This document shows positions 8,882-18,523 of a stretch of DNA of 64,000 nt, one piece after another. Under the pieces are notes generated by a model, which saw only the letters and a list, made by a program, of their open reading frames with translations, searched no databases and had not been told where the DNA came from. Numbering within the stretch: position 1 is the stretch's first letter; every line of letters begins with the position of its first letter. The DNA is from Escherichia phage fEgEco12, in the sequence record PP777464.1. One strand, written 5' to 3'. Both the position numbers and the translations under genes were made by a program.

Positions 8882-10393
8882 ATGAAATCTATGGAGAGAA
8901 ATCAAATGCCAGGTCAATTTACTGATAAAAATGGCGGGAACATGGCAGGTCACTCTGATAAATGGAGTGAACGCAATCGTCGTCAAAATAGCTACCAAGC
9001 AGGACAGGGGTCACGTGGTTCACGTAATCAAGGGACAGGTTTAGCTGGTAAGGCAAACGCAGAAGCAGGTGAAGTTAAGAGTACTGAGAACATGACTGAG
9101 CTAGAAAAGCTACGTTATGTTAACTCATTAGGTCTTCTTAACGCAACACAGAAACAACGCCTTGCTGATATGGAACGTGCTGAGAAAGAACAAGCAGTTC
9201 CTAAAGAAGAACCAAAACCAGAAGCTCCTAAAGCAGCTAACCCTGTTAAAGAGTTATCTGATAACTTAGGTAAGATCTTTGCTAACAAACCACAGTTGAT
9301 TCAGGGTATTGTCAAAGCACTACAGGCAGTTCCTAAAGAAGAACTCAAAGGTAAAGCACAAGCTGTACTTGATGCAATGAAAGGTAATAAGAGCACTGAA
9401 CCTACTGAAGTATTCAGTACTATCATGCGTGCACTTGAAGGTACACACAAAGAAGATTCGAAAGAACCTGAACAGGGTGAAGCAAGTCTTGATGGTATTC
9501 TTAAAACTTTTGATAGTATTGGTAAAGCAGACCGTGCTAATGCCCAGCAAGTCAAGAATGTACTGGCTAAACTTGAAAACCGTTTAGAAGGTAAAGACGA
9601 TAAGGTTAAGCTCGTATCAGATGCAGTTAACAGTGCACTTAAATCTTATGTACAAGGTGAGAAAAGTCGCTTCGTAACAGCTATGGATGCTGCATTCAAC
9701 ACTATGAAAAAGTATGAAGCAGAACATGGTGAGAAAGTGACACCTGATGGATATCTACTACGTAAAGATGAAGAAGGTGCAGTTGAACAGAAAGATGTTG
9801 AGCCTGAGCAAGAAGATCTACCTGATACCGTTGATATGGATGGATACATTCATCGTCCTGAGATGGAAGAGTTTGGGTCAGATAAAGAAGGTTTTGAACA
9901 TGCAATGGCAGTATATAAAGCATTAGTTAAAAATCCAGATTATGCTAACCGTTTTGTTGACGAGTTTGATAGTGCATGGAATAACTATAAAGACAAAGGT
10001 TATGACTTCCCTGCTGAAGCTGCATTCTTTGAACTTGGTAAACTATTAGCTAAACATGGAATTGACGTTGGTTCATCTGATTCTGATGGTATGGAAGAAG
10101 AACATCTTGAAATGACTGATAAATCAATTCATGAACTTCAAAAGTTAATGATGTGGATATCCGAGATTGGTAAAAAAGCAGGTGCTGATAGTAAAAGTAT
10201 CAACAAAAATATTAGTTGGATTAAAGATAATGTTGGTAACAATGCTCGTAAACTTCAAAAGGCTTGGGCTGATTTAGTAAATGGTGCAGATGATGTTGAC
10301 ATTGAATCACCAGAAGCATATGAGTATGCACTAACTACACTTGATAACTCATTCAAAGAGTACGACCGTGGTGTTGGAAAGGATAAAAAATAA
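8882..10393 (+). CDS. large acidic/lysine-rich low-complexity protein with SLGLL motif
   Basis: longest ORF; better RBS (GGAGAG) favours ATG 8906. Confidence 0.6.
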   Translation: MKSMERNQMPGQFTDKNGGNMAGHSDKWSERNRRQNSYQAGQGSRGSRNQGTGLAGKANAEAGEVKSTENMTELEKLRYVNSLGLLNATQKQRLADMERAEKEQAVPKEEPKPEAPKAANPVKELSDNLGKIFANKPQLIQGIVKALQAVPKEELKGKAQAVLDAMKGNKSTEPTEVFSTIMRALEGTHKEDSKEPEQGEASLDGILKTFDSIGKADRANAQQVKNVLAKLENRLEGKDDKVKLVSDAVNSALKSYVQGEKSRFVTAMDAAFNTMKKYEAEHGEKVTPDGYLLRKDEEGAVEQKDVEPEQEDLPDTVDMDGYIHRPEMEEFGSDKEGFEHAMAVYKALVKNPDYANRFVDEFDSAWNNYKDKGYDFPAEAAFFELGKLLAKHGIDVGSSDSDGMEEEHLEMTDKSIHELQKLMMWISEIGKKAGADSKSINKNISWIKDNVGNNARKLQKAWADLVNGADDVDIESPEAYEYALTTLDNSFKEYDRGVGKDKK

Positions 10394-10402
10394 ACATTTA
10401 AA

Positions 10403-10428
10403 AGGTTGACTTCGGTCAACCTTTTTTT
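10403..10428 (+). terminator. terminator hairpin AGGTTGACTTCGGTCAACCT + T7
   Basis: same hairpin family. Confidence 0.7.
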
Positions 10429-10464
10429 GTAAATATTGTAGAGGGTTTTATAAGAGGTAATGCA

Positions 10465-10716
10465 ATGTTTAAATATGTTTTATTTTCACTTGTATTGTTT
10501 ACTGATATAGTTTATAGTACTGAATACCAGTGCTCCATTGCTAGACAGGAGTTTAGAAACGGTGAGTTCTATACCAAGTCTTACACTAGAGGATTGGTAC
10601 ATGACAATAATAAAACTATAGGGTTCAATGCATTTGATAACAAAGATCGATATACGTCTGGAATACTATCTGAACGTAAGTCGGATGTAATAGGTATCGA
10701 GCATGAATTCCGGTGA
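10465..10716 (+). CDS. putative secreted small protein
   Basis: signal-like N-terminus. Confidence 0.5.
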   Translation: MFKYVLFSLVLFTDIVYSTEYQCSIARQEFRNGEFYTKSYTRGLVHDNNKTIGFNAFDNKDRYTSGILSERKSDVIGIEHEFR

Positions 10717-11077
10717 CACAGTTGCAATGTGTAATGATATTGAGAGTACTAAGAAAGTATATACTAATGGTGAAACTACCTTTAGATTCCACAATCTTAC
10801 TACTAATGAAAGTTTATACTTCTACAACTGTAAAGAGTTCATTAAACCTGTGGATAACTCATGTGATATGCCGGAGCCAAAAGCTGCTGTATGTGAGGAA
10901 CCACAATCCAAAGCTGACAAAGATTCAAAAGATAAGAAAGACAAAGCTGACAAATCGGATAAAAAAGAAAACAAAAAGAAAGCTAAAGATGATAAAGATA
11001 AAAAGTCCCCTAAGCCAAATCCATTTGAAAAGCCAAAGAATGAAAAGCCAAAACCAGACATGACATGTAAAATATAA
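10703..11077 (+). CDS. hypothetical protein with lysine/aspartate-rich C-terminal tail
   Basis: ORF; KDKKDKADKSDKK low-complexity tail. Confidence 0.5.
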   Translation: MNSGDTVAMCNDIESTKKVYTNGETTFRFHNLTTNESLYFYNCKEFIKPVDNSCDMPEPKAAVCEEPQSKADKDSKDKKDKADKSDKKENKKKAKDDKDKKSPKPNPFEKPKNEKPKPDMTCKI

Positions 11078-11084
11078 AAGAAAA

Positions 11085-11117
11085 GGGTTGACTTCGGTCG
11101 GCCCTTTTTGCTATAAT
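11085..11117 (+). terminator. composite terminator-promoter (GGGTTGACTTCGGTCGGCCC, TATAAT 11112-11117)
   Basis: hairpin family; conserved leader CATTTCATCAACTACTGGAGG follows. Confidence 0.7.
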
Positions 11118-11143
11118 CATTTCATCAACTACTGGAGGCAAAC

Positions 11144-11557
11144 ATGTTAAAAGTTATTTTCCGTTCTATCAGTTCATTACTTCTTATGATTAGTTCAGTT
11201 TGTTATGCAAATGAAGTATCTGATTTATTTGAGAAGAATTACCCAACTGCACAAGAGATGGGTGTTTTAAAATGCAAGCTAACTTCGTACAACATCATCG
11301 GCAGTAAACTTGTACTGGAACATGAACGTAGTACACCAATCCCTCTAGTGGAAGAAGGTAGTACCTTTAGCTTCAAGTACGGGGTGAATGTAACATCTGG
11401 TGTAATGAACAATGTTGATGCAGAGACTGGTTCAACATGGAGTACTAGCGGTAAAGATGTGTTTCATCGTATGCGTGAAAATGGTAAACTGAAGTACGTA
11501 TATGAAAGTTCATTCATGAAACGTGTATTCATTATAAAAAATTGTGTACCAGCATAA
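11144..11557 (+). CDS. putative secreted protein
   Basis: signal-like N-terminus; RBS GGAGG. Confidence 0.55.
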   Translation: MLKVIFRSISSLLLMISSVCYANEVSDLFEKNYPTAQEMGVLKCKLTSYNIIGSKLVLEHERSTPIPLVEEGSTFSFKYGVNVTSGVMNNVDAETGSTWSTSGKDVFHRMRENGKLKYVYESSFMKRVFIIKNCVPA

Positions 11558-11568
11558 GGAACAACATC

Positions 11569-11844
11569 ATGCGTTCATTTGAAAACTTAATCGGTAAACT
11601 TCGCTTACAAGAAATTGAAGCTGATGTGAAGGAATTATCTGAAACTAAGAGTTACATTCATTTAGATGAACTGTTTATTAAGTACGGTGAGATTGGTTTT
11701 AAGTCATTATTTGTGTTTGTCATGAAGGTGCATAGTTTAAAGTACTTTGATTTGAGTTCAAAAGACGGACAACCAAATCTGTATTACATGTATTATCTTA
11801 AGAACATAGACGAAGCTAATACATTATTCTTAGAATATATGTAG
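11569..11844 (+). CDS. hypothetical protein (91 aa)
   Basis: ATG with AAGGAAC RBS; track start 11542 is TTG. Confidence 0.5.
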   Translation: MRSFENLIGKLRLQEIEADVKELSETKSYIHLDELFIKYGEIGFKSLFVFVMKVHSLKYFDLSSKDGQPNLYYMYYLKNIDEANTLFLEYM

Positions 11845-11853
11845 GGGTAAAAA

Positions 11854-12192
11854 ATGGAACAACATTTTGAATTAATTAATAAGGTATCATTTTATGTAGT
11901 ATCGTTAATTTGGGTGTATTACATGTTTTGTTACATTATTGCATTCTTCCGATACACGACCTTGTATCAACGCATATACTACGATGCACCAATTTCATTT
12001 TTGATGTTCAGTGCATGTACGTGGGGGATAATTGAAGCACTGGCATGTGGATATAGTACGGACGAATTAAATCTCGTATCGGTGTTGACATTACTAACAA
12101 TTGCTACTATGATAGCTACAGTTCCGATATTTTTGCTCTTTAAACTGCTTCATCGCATCGATGAGTGGCGTAATAAAATCCCTGAAAAGTAA
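11854..12192 (+). CDS. small 3-helix membrane protein, paralog family
   Basis: hydrophobic; C-terminal R..KIPE-type tail. Confidence 0.55.
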   Translation: MEQHFELINKVSFYVVSLIWVYYMFCYIIAFFRYTTLYQRIYYDAPISFLMFSACTWGIIEALACGYSTDELNLVSVLTLLTIATMIATVPIFLLFKLLHRIDEWRNKIPEK

Positions 12193-12201
12193 GGATTGAT
12201 A

Positions 12202-12543
12202 ATGATTTTTTACACTAATGCGTTTGCTTATGCCGTTGCATCAATCTACATTGTGTACTTCTTATTTGGTGGAGTACTGTACTTCTTTAAGTACAAAACA
12301 TTGTTTAACCGAATGTATCCAAATCATCCAATTGTAGTAGTACTTTTGATTATTTCTGTTGCTCACATCATTGTAGAAACAATAATGGGTATTAGTGCAG
12401 TACATTACAGTCTAGGTACTATTGTGATTATTACTATGATCATCGCATACATTTTAGTAATGGGTTCTGGTTTATTTGGGAATGTAGCAATGAAATTGTA
12501 TAATCGAATTAAAACCTTACGTGATAATCTACCGGAGCGTTGA
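12202..12543 (+). CDS. small 3-helix membrane protein, paralog family
   Basis: ATG with AAGGA RBS; track start 12196 is TTG. Confidence 0.55.
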   Translation: MIFYTNAFAYAVASIYIVYFLFGGVLYFFKYKTLFNRMYPNHPIVVVLLIISVAHIIVETIMGISAVHYSLGTIVIITMIIAYILVMGSGLFGNVAMKLYNRIKTLRDNLPER

Positions 12544-12544
12544 G

Positions 12545-12889
12545 ATGTATAATTTAAATTTAATCTCATATATCATAACAACACTGTTTACTTTCTATAC
12601 CTTTGTTGGTATACTCCTACTGTACTTTAAATTTTATAAACTCTTTGACCGTTTATATCCATCATTGGAACATGAATTCTTATTGGTGATGTACATCTGT
12701 TTAACGTGTATGTCTACATTTTTCACTGTATTTGATGGTATCATCGGTATTAAAGCTGAAGATCCAAATGGTAGTACACTTGTTGCCTTTATCCTGGTAG
12801 GATTCTTCGGTACTTATATCACTTTCATTTCAACATGGTCTGTGGTTGATTATCTCATTAGATTACGAGATAAAATGCCAAATCGATAG
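12545..12889 (+). CDS. small 3-helix membrane protein, paralog family
   Basis: ATG with GGAG RBS; track start 12521 is GTG. Confidence 0.55.
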   Translation: MYNLNLISYIITTLFTFYTFVGILLLYFKFYKLFDRLYPSLEHEFLLVMYICLTCMSTFFTVFDGIIGIKAEDPNGSTLVAFILVGFFGTYITFISTWSVVDYLIRLRDKMPNR

Positions 12890-12898
12890 GGGGTTGCT

Positions 12899-13156
12899 AT
12901 GTTTGCATTGCGTAATAAAAATACAAAAGAGATTCTATGTATCTCAACAGTATGGGATTGTGCAGGAAGTGAAATGATTCTCGAAGAAGGTTCAGGTGAT
13001 TGTGTTTATGTTGTTCAGGATCGTCGCGAACTGGAATCATTACTTGACGAATTTAATGCTGGTGGAAATCCTAAAAGTACTCAATTCCCTGAGATCAGGA
13101 ATCCAGCACCACCAGGCTCTTATGAAATTCTACAACTGTGGGAGATGGATAAGTAA
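12899..13156 (+). CDS. hypothetical protein (85 aa)
   Basis: ATG ORF. Confidence 0.5.
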   Translation: MFALRNKNTKEILCISTVWDCAGSEMILEEGSGDCVYVVQDRRELESLLDEFNAGGNPKSTQFPEIRNPAPPGSYEILQLWEMDK

Positions 13157-13536
13157 TGCGTCAAATGCACAAAGTAACCGAGCTAAACAAGCGTCTGATT
13201 AAACAATCAATGTTTGAGGATAAAGAGTCTTACTATAACTTCAAACGTGCTGTAGAGGCTGCTATCCACATTCAGAAGCTTAAAGATAGTGGATGTATTA
13301 TTCTCGAAAATGGTTCTGACGTTGTTACTGATGACTTCAGTGTAGCGTTTGATGTTTCACCTGATGGTTCGCTATCAATGCCACGCTTAGGGACTGGTGA
13401 CATGACTGTGTGGGTAGGTTTCACTATGGGGAATGTACCAGGTACGGTGTATGTAGATGATGCTGAGTTGAAAGAAAGCTTCAAAAACTTATCGCATCTT
13501 GAACCACAATACGCACATGAAATGAATTTATTTTGA
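13156..13536 (+). CDS. hypothetical protein (126 aa)
   Basis: stop/start overlap. Confidence 0.5.
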   Translation: MRQMHKVTELNKRLIKQSMFEDKESYYNFKRAVEAAIHIQKLKDSGCIILENGSDVVTDDFSVAFDVSPDGSLSMPRLGTGDMTVWVGFTMGNVPGTVYVDDAELKESFKNLSHLEPQYAHEMNLF

Positions 13537-13537
13537 G

Positions 13538-13595
13538 TTGACAAACTCATTCAGTACTGTATAATGTTTATCAAGGGGATGAACTTCTCATCCCC
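13538..13595 (+). promoter_or_regulatory. sigma70-like promoter with leader hairpin
   Basis: TTGACA 13538-13543, TATAAT 13560-13565, hairpin GGGGATGAACTTCTCATCCCC. Confidence 0.6.
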
Positions 13596-13612
13596 ACAAT
13601 CGAGGAATTGTC

Positions 13613-14167
13613 ATGATTACTTTTAAGAAAACTGCTAACCACATCCATGAGATCTACATTAACGGTCACAAAGCTGGCCTTCTTCGTTTACTCGCCCATC
13701 ATCCGAATATTACCGTATCTGATAATGAACCTAAAGATTGGCGTGTATTTTTCTTTGGAAAGTACAGTGATTTTCAAGTATCAAACCTGAAGAACATTCG
13801 TTCAGTATGCACGTTAACTGAAATTAAAGAAAAGTTAACCAAAGCATTGAAAACTAATCCAGATAGTGTTCTTCCACCTGATAACTTTGTAGAGAAAGGA
13901 TATGCCTTAGCTCATTTCAAAGATGGTACTATTCAATCTATCAGTACTGAATATGAATATCAATGGACTGAGTACTTCACTTATGGATCGCGTAATACAT
14001 TGATGGCTTCACGTAGTAAATTGGAAGAAGTACTGACTCGTATGAATGAACGCGAGCGTCAATTTTATGACAAACCAGAAATGTGGAGTTCAACTTACAT
14101 TGACCGTATTGACTATGTTATTATGACTCCAATCTTTGACACTGCTTACTATGATTCTTTGAAATAA
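13613..14167 (+). CDS. hypothetical protein (184 aa)
   Basis: ATG with GAGGAA RBS. Confidence 0.55.
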   Translation: MITFKKTANHIHEIYINGHKAGLLRLLAHHPNITVSDNEPKDWRVFFFGKYSDFQVSNLKNIRSVCTLTEIKEKLTKALKTNPDSVLPPDNFVEKGYALAHFKDGTIQSISTEYEYQWTEYFTYGSRNTLMASRSKLEEVLTRMNERERQFYDKPEMWSSTYIDRIDYVIMTPIFDTAYYDSLK

Positions 14168-14178
14168 GGATAACTTAT

Positions 14179-14355
14179 ATGAAACTACGTACTCGTAATC
14201 GACTGATGGATGCACTGTACCATGAACAGCTTTCACTGAATGAAGTGAAGCGACAGTTAATGTACACATATCTGTTACCCGCTCGCATTGCAAAACAACG
14301 TGCTAAAGAATTGCTGAAAGAAGCAATCGAGTACTGGGAATCTGATTCGTACTAA
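14179..14355 (+). CDS. hypothetical small protein (58 aa)
   Basis: ATG with AAGGA RBS; below track cutoff. Confidence 0.4.
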   Translation: MKLRTRNRLMDALYHEQLSLNEVKRQLMYTYLLPARIAKQRAKELLKEAIEYWESDSY

Positions 14356-14383
14356 TTGTCACGTTAATTAAGTGAGGCGATAA

Positions 14384-14635
14384 ATGAAAATTTTATTAGT
14401 TCTAATACTACTAATTGTTTTACCATTTACGTTAGTATCCCCTGAACTTGCATGGAATGTGTTTGTGTACTTACTATGTACTATTGTAGTAAATGGTATC
14501 TTGTTCTTAGTTCTATTCATAAATGGAATAGGACACGGTGGAGGATGGACCAGTACTGCTGATATTGTACATAAAACCACTATGTCTTTATTTGTAGTGT
14601 GGAATTTATTCTGGACTTGGTTTGTGTTCTTCTAA
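14384..14635 (+). CDS. small membrane protein
   Basis: RBS GTGAGG; hydrophobic. Confidence 0.5.
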   Translation: MKILLVLILLIVLPFTLVSPELAWNVFVYLLCTIVVNGILFLVLFINGIGHGGGWTSTADIVHKTTMSLFVVWNLFWTWFVFF

Positions 14636-14644
14636 TTAAAAAAT

Positions 14645-15016
14645 ATGAATATAGATTTGAAAGGTGCAACACGAACTGTCATACTCATTGGGGAATATGC
14701 TATCAAGATTCCAACCTTTAAAAGTTGGAAGCTATTCTTAACAGGGATGATAGCTAACCTCAATGAACGTTCGTGGATGCAGTACTCCAAGCGTAGTAAT
14801 AGTGGTATCTGCCCTACGTTGTGGTCATCATGTACTGGACTAGTAACTGTACAGAAGCGTTGTAAGCCAGTGCAACATAGGGGTTTATTTTGGGTGGAGT
14901 TGTGTGCTTTAGCATTGGATTCAGAGTTAAGTACTGACTTCTTCTATTCAGATGCGAAGCCAGAAAACTTTGGGTATCTGTGTGGTAAGTTGGTTAAACT
15001 TGATTATGGAGATTAA
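14645..15016 (+). CDS. hypothetical protein (123 aa)
   Basis: ATG ORF. Confidence 0.5.
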   Translation: MNIDLKGATRTVILIGEYAIKIPTFKSWKLFLTGMIANLNERSWMQYSKRSNSGICPTLWSSCTGLVTVQKRCKPVQHRGLFWVELCALALDSELSTDFFYSDAKPENFGYLCGKLVKLDYGD

Positions 15017-15017
15017 T

Positions 15018-15287
15018 ATGTACGCATTGTATAATAAAGAAAAGAAACGATTTGCTAAGGTTGAAATTTCGATTGATACATTTGACATGTTGGAGTACTG
15101 TATTGTAACGGATTTATATGCTAACTTGTATTACGTTCTTGATGACGTATCAGTACTGCAACGATTGCTTGAGAATTCCAAAAGTCAATGCCAGGGCATC
15201 CATGATGGTTCATCTTATGAAACACCTGAGTGTTCCTACGGCTATCTGGACGGGTATGAGATTGTGAAGTTGGGGATTGTTGAATAA
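15018..15287 (+). CDS. hypothetical protein (89 aa)
   Basis: ATG with GGAG RBS; track start 14952 overlaps the upstream gene. Confidence 0.45.
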   Translation: MYALYNKEKKRFAKVEISIDTFDMLEYCIVTDLYANLYYVLDDVSVLQRLLENSKSQCQGIHDGSSYETPECSYGYLDGYEIVKLGIVE

Positions 15288-15299
15288 ATGGATTAAACA

Positions 15300-15713
15300 A
15301 TGAAGAAGTGTATCACGTGTAATATTGAAAAAGACATTAGTGAATTTGGTATAAGAAAAGATACTGGGAAACATAGAAATACATGCAAAGGTTGTAGTAA
15401 TATTACCAGTAAGAAAACCAGAAATAAAAAAACTGATGTCAAAAAACTTGAAGAAATCAAAAGAAAAAATAAAGATTTCATGACCAGAGTTAAATCATTT
15501 TATGGTTGTAGTATTTGCATGATGAAGTATCCAGAATGTTTAGACTTTCACCATCTTGATCCTAATACCAAAGAACATACACCAAGTTCTATGTTCAGTA
15601 AAAGTCGAGAATCTATCAAAGATGAAATTCGAAAGTGTATGATTCTTTGTTCTAATCACCATCGCATGGTACATTCTGGTAGACTATGTTTGATTGAAAG
15701 AAAAAAGGGTTGA
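15300..15713 (+). CDS. HNH-family endonuclease (putative homing endonuclease)
   Basis: paired CxxC motifs and DFHHLDP...N...CSNHHRMVH His-Asn-His signature. Confidence 0.65.
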   Translation: MKKCITCNIEKDISEFGIRKDTGKHRNTCKGCSNITSKKTRNKKTDVKKLEEIKRKNKDFMTRVKSFYGCSICMMKYPECLDFHHLDPNTKEHTPSSMFSKSRESIKDEIRKCMILCSNHHRMVHSGRLCLIERKKG

Positions 15714-15739
15714 CTTCGGTCAGCCCTTTTTGCTATAAT
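15707..15739 (+). terminator. composite terminator-promoter (GGGTTGACTTCGGTCAGCCC, TATAAT 15734-15739)
   Basis: hairpin overlaps the HNH stop codon. Confidence 0.7.
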
Positions 15740-15767
15740 CATTTCATCGAAACGAGAGGATGAATAC

Positions 15768-16283
15768 ATGACACGCATTAACTTAGTACACGTTAAAGAA
15801 CTTGCTGACCAACATCTGATGGCTGAATATCGTGAACTCCCACGTGTGTTTGGTGCTGTACAAAAACATGTTCAAGCACGTAAGCGAGTCCGTGATTTCA
15901 AAATTAACAGTACTTATCTGTTAGGTTCAGGTCATGTAACATTCTTCTACGACAAGTTATTGTACTTACAGAAGCGTCATATTGAAATTGTTAACGAATG
16001 TTTGCGTCGTGGGATGAAGATTCAAAACACTGAAGTAAACGACATTAGCGGCATCCCTGCTGAGTTTTGTAATGACTACGCACCATCGGAGTCAGAGATT
16101 AAAATGTCTCGTGAGCGTTTGATTGAGAAGCTCCAGATGAAGCCTACTTGGTATAAATTTACTGACGTTGAACGCCCAGAGTACGTTAAAGATATGCAGG
16201 ACGTAAGTAGTAATATAGAATCTAGTACTGATATGTTCGACGAAATTGAAGAACAAATCAAAGATGAAATGAATAATTATTAA
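15768..16283 (+). CDS. denV: pyrimidine dimer DNA glycosylase (T4 endonuclease V homolog) with C-terminal acidic extension
   Basis: N-terminal block [30 protein letters not shown]...KRVRDFKI.....[12 protein letters not shown] matches my recollection of T4 endo V. Confidence 0.85.
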   Translation: MTRINLVHVKELADQHLMAEYRELPRVFGAVQKHVQARKRVRDFKINSTYLLGSGHVTFFYDKLLYLQKRHIEIVNECLRRGMKIQNTEVNDISGIPAEFCNDYAPSESEIKMSRERLIEKLQMKPTWYKFTDVERPEYVKDMQDVSSNIESSTDMFDEIEEQIKDEMNNY

Positions 16284-16289
16284 AGGAAA

Positions 16290-16322
16290 GGGTTGACTTC
16301 GGTCAGCCCTTTTTGCTATAAT
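16290..16322 (+). terminator. composite terminator-promoter (GGGTTGACTTCGGTCAGCCC, TATAAT 16317-16322)
   Basis: hairpin family. Confidence 0.7.
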
Positions 16323-16350
16323 TATTTCATCAACTGATGAGGATAACGAA

Positions 16351-17121
16351 ATGACCAGAGAAGCACGTAGCATTCAAATCCAGAAAAACTTCAACTCCAT
16401 GATGGTTGCTCTTGAGTGTTTGCTCGACGATAGCAGTACTGTAAAAAGTATGGTTGTCAGCGGTGCACCTGGTGTTGGTAAGACTTACACCCTGTCACAA
16501 CGCCTCCAGAAAGCTCATGACGCAGCAGAATGGAACGTAGCCACTATCAGTGGTAAGATGACTACTCTTGCTCTGTATGAAGTTCTGTACAAGAATCGTC
16601 ACAGCACTAATGTATTAGTACTGGATGATATGGACAGCATCTTTGATTCAGAAGACGGTATGAACCTGCTCAAAGCAGTACTGGACAGTGGTAAACGTAC
16701 TGTGTCTTACATGACTAGCTCTAAGTACTTAACTACCAACGGTATCCCTAACAGCTTTGATTTTAACGGTCGTATCGTATTCATTACTAACAAAGATTTA
16801 GCACTGAATGCTAAAGCTAAAACCAAAATGTCTGCTCACTATGCTGCTCTTATGTCTCGCTCTGTGTATGTTGACTTACAGATCCAGACTAAAAGCGATA
16901 TCATGATTCACATTGAAAACGTAATGAACAAGACCAACATCCTGTCAACTAAAGGTGTTAATAGTAATGGTAGCAAAGCAATCCTGAATTGGATGCTGAA
17001 ACATGAAGATGCACTTCGTGCTCCTTCACTGCGTATGCCTCTGTTGATTTCAGCAGTATACAACAACAACCCGTATGATTGGGAAGAGCAGTGCGAAAAC
17101 TTGTTCCTTGAGAAAATTTAA
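16351..17121 (+). CDS. P-loop NTPase (Walker A GAPGVGKT, Walker B VLVLDD)
   Basis: Walker A and B motifs. Confidence 0.65.
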   Translation: MTREARSIQIQKNFNSMMVALECLLDDSSTVKSMVVSGAPGVGKTYTLSQRLQKAHDAAEWNVATISGKMTTLALYEVLYKNRHSTNVLVLDDMDSIFDSEDGMNLLKAVLDSGKRTVSYMTSSKYLTTNGIPNSFDFNGRIVFITNKDLALNAKAKTKMSAHYAALMSRSVYVDLQIQTKSDIMIHIENVMNKTNILSTKGVNSNGSKAILNWMLKHEDALRAPSLRMPLLISAVYNNNPYDWEEQCENLFLEKI

Positions 17122-17130
17122 TTACATGTA

Positions 17131-17160
17131 TTGACAGTACTACCATAGTGTAGTACTATA
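17131..17160 (+). promoter_or_regulatory. candidate promoter TTGACA-17-TACTAT
   Basis: TTGACA 17131-17136. Confidence 0.4.
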
Positions 17161-17188
17161 ACTTAATATTCACCACCGGAGATACGAT

Positions 17189-17527
17189 ATGCTTGAGTTT
17201 TTTAATTCAGATACAATGCTTAGTATTACTTTGATTTATCTATTTGGTTTTTTCTTTTATCATGCACTAGTTGTAGTACTATGGTATTTTAAAAAGAAAA
17301 TCGTTTTCAAACTGTATCCTGATGGAAACATTTCACTACTTCTTTTCACTATTATCCAAGGTATGTTTGCAATTGTTGGTCTTATCGCACACTTAATTTA
17401 TTGTGCTAATCCACAGTTGAACTCAATATCACAATATATTGTATTCCTTGGATTACTAATTTGGGTGCTGATATACTTGTTTAATCTCATTATTAATGGT
17501 AGAGCAAAAATTCGTGGGGACTTCTAA
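17189..17527 (+). CDS. small 3-helix membrane protein, paralog family
   Basis: RBS GGAG; hydrophobic; basic C-terminal tail. Confidence 0.55.
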   Translation: MLEFFNSDTMLSITLIYLFGFFFYHALVVVLWYFKKKIVFKLYPDGNISLLLFTIIQGMFAIVGLIAHLIYCANPQLNSISQYIVFLGLLIWVLIYLFNLIINGRAKIRGDF

Positions 17528-17874
17528 TGTTTGAATCTTATCTTGAGTTTTTAAAGAGTAGTTCTGTTGCACATTCAATTGCAGGGATTATTCTAACAGG
17601 TTATGTAACATTTTGGGTGGTTATGTTTCTAGGATGGTATTTTAAACGACAATTCTATAAGCGTAATGGTGAAGATTTTATGAATTCTGTTATTAATCAA
17701 TCGTTGTTTGCATCAACATTGATAGCATGTATTGTAGCAACACTCACAGGAAAGGTACTGCCAGCATTCTCCGCAGTTTACGGTACATTGGGTATGATAT
17801 GTGTAGTTTTTTACTTGACCATTAAACTTTGTTGTGTTATGATTGACCTTCGAAACAAGATACCGGAGGAATGA
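17527..17874 (+). CDS. small 3-helix membrane protein, paralog family
   Basis: stop/start overlap; tail DLRNKIPEE. Confidence 0.55.
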   Translation: MFESYLEFLKSSSVAHSIAGIILTGYVTFWVVMFLGWYFKRQFYKRNGEDFMNSVINQSLFASTLIACIVATLTGKVLPAFSAVYGTLGMICVVFYLTIKLCCVMIDLRNKIPEE

Positions 17875-18209
17875 TGGAATATTTTTTACACTTACTGCCG
17901 TGGTATATGAAAGTTAGTACTATGTACTATATTCTTAGTGCTGGATTCTACTTTCTGATGTGGTTCTTCAAACGACCAATTTCAGTATTCATCTCTGATA
18001 ACATGCTGCAATTAAAATTACACGCATGGTTTTTTATGGCGATGTTTATGCCTATTATTCACTACTCAATGATTAGTAGAGGTTTACGTTCTAATGGTGA
18101 ACCAATTATATTAGTATTCTATTGGGGTTCAACTATTGCATATGTAAGTTTGTTGTTGATCCCAGCCGTTCATAAATTACGTGCTAAAGTTCCTGATGCG
18201 AGGTACTAA
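17871..18209 (+). CDS. small 3-helix membrane protein, paralog family
   Basis: ATGA overlap. Confidence 0.55.
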   Translation: MMEYFLHLLPWYMKVSTMYYILSAGFYFLMWFFKRPISVFISDNMLQLKLHAWFFMAMFMPIIHYSMISRGLRSNGEPIILVFYWGSTIAYVSLLLIPAVHKLRAKVPDARY

Positions 18210-18523
18210 TGGATATCGTAACATTGATTTACACGCTTTATTCATTCTATTTTATTATGTGTTGGGTTGGATTTTTATTTGTATTGAAGATGTTTGATTA
18301 TGTTGAAAAACAGATAAAAGAATTTTGTATTCCTTTTATTGGGTCAACCATAATTAGTATTACTTGTTTGTATTATTTGGTATGTGATCCACCTGTTAAT
18401 ACAGCAATGATTGACTTCATGTTATTACCAACAACTGTTATTTTTTTATGTAGTCTGATGCCACCGATTAGTCGTGGGCTAACCGAATTTAGACGCAATC
18501 AAAAGCGTAAACGAGGGATGTGA
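18209..18523 (+). CDS. small membrane protein, paralog family
   Basis: stop/start overlap. Confidence 0.5.
   Translation: MDIVTLIYTLYSFYFIMCWVGFLFVLKMFDYVEKQIKEFCIPFIGSTIISITCLYYLVCDPPVNTAMIDFMLLPTTVIFLCSLMPPISRGLTEFRRNQKRKRGM

Noticed and set aside
12996-13202. Alternative-frame + strand ORFs 12996-13202, 10713-11063 and 51101-51331
   Set aside because: They overlap better-supported genes in another frame and lack their own initiation signals.
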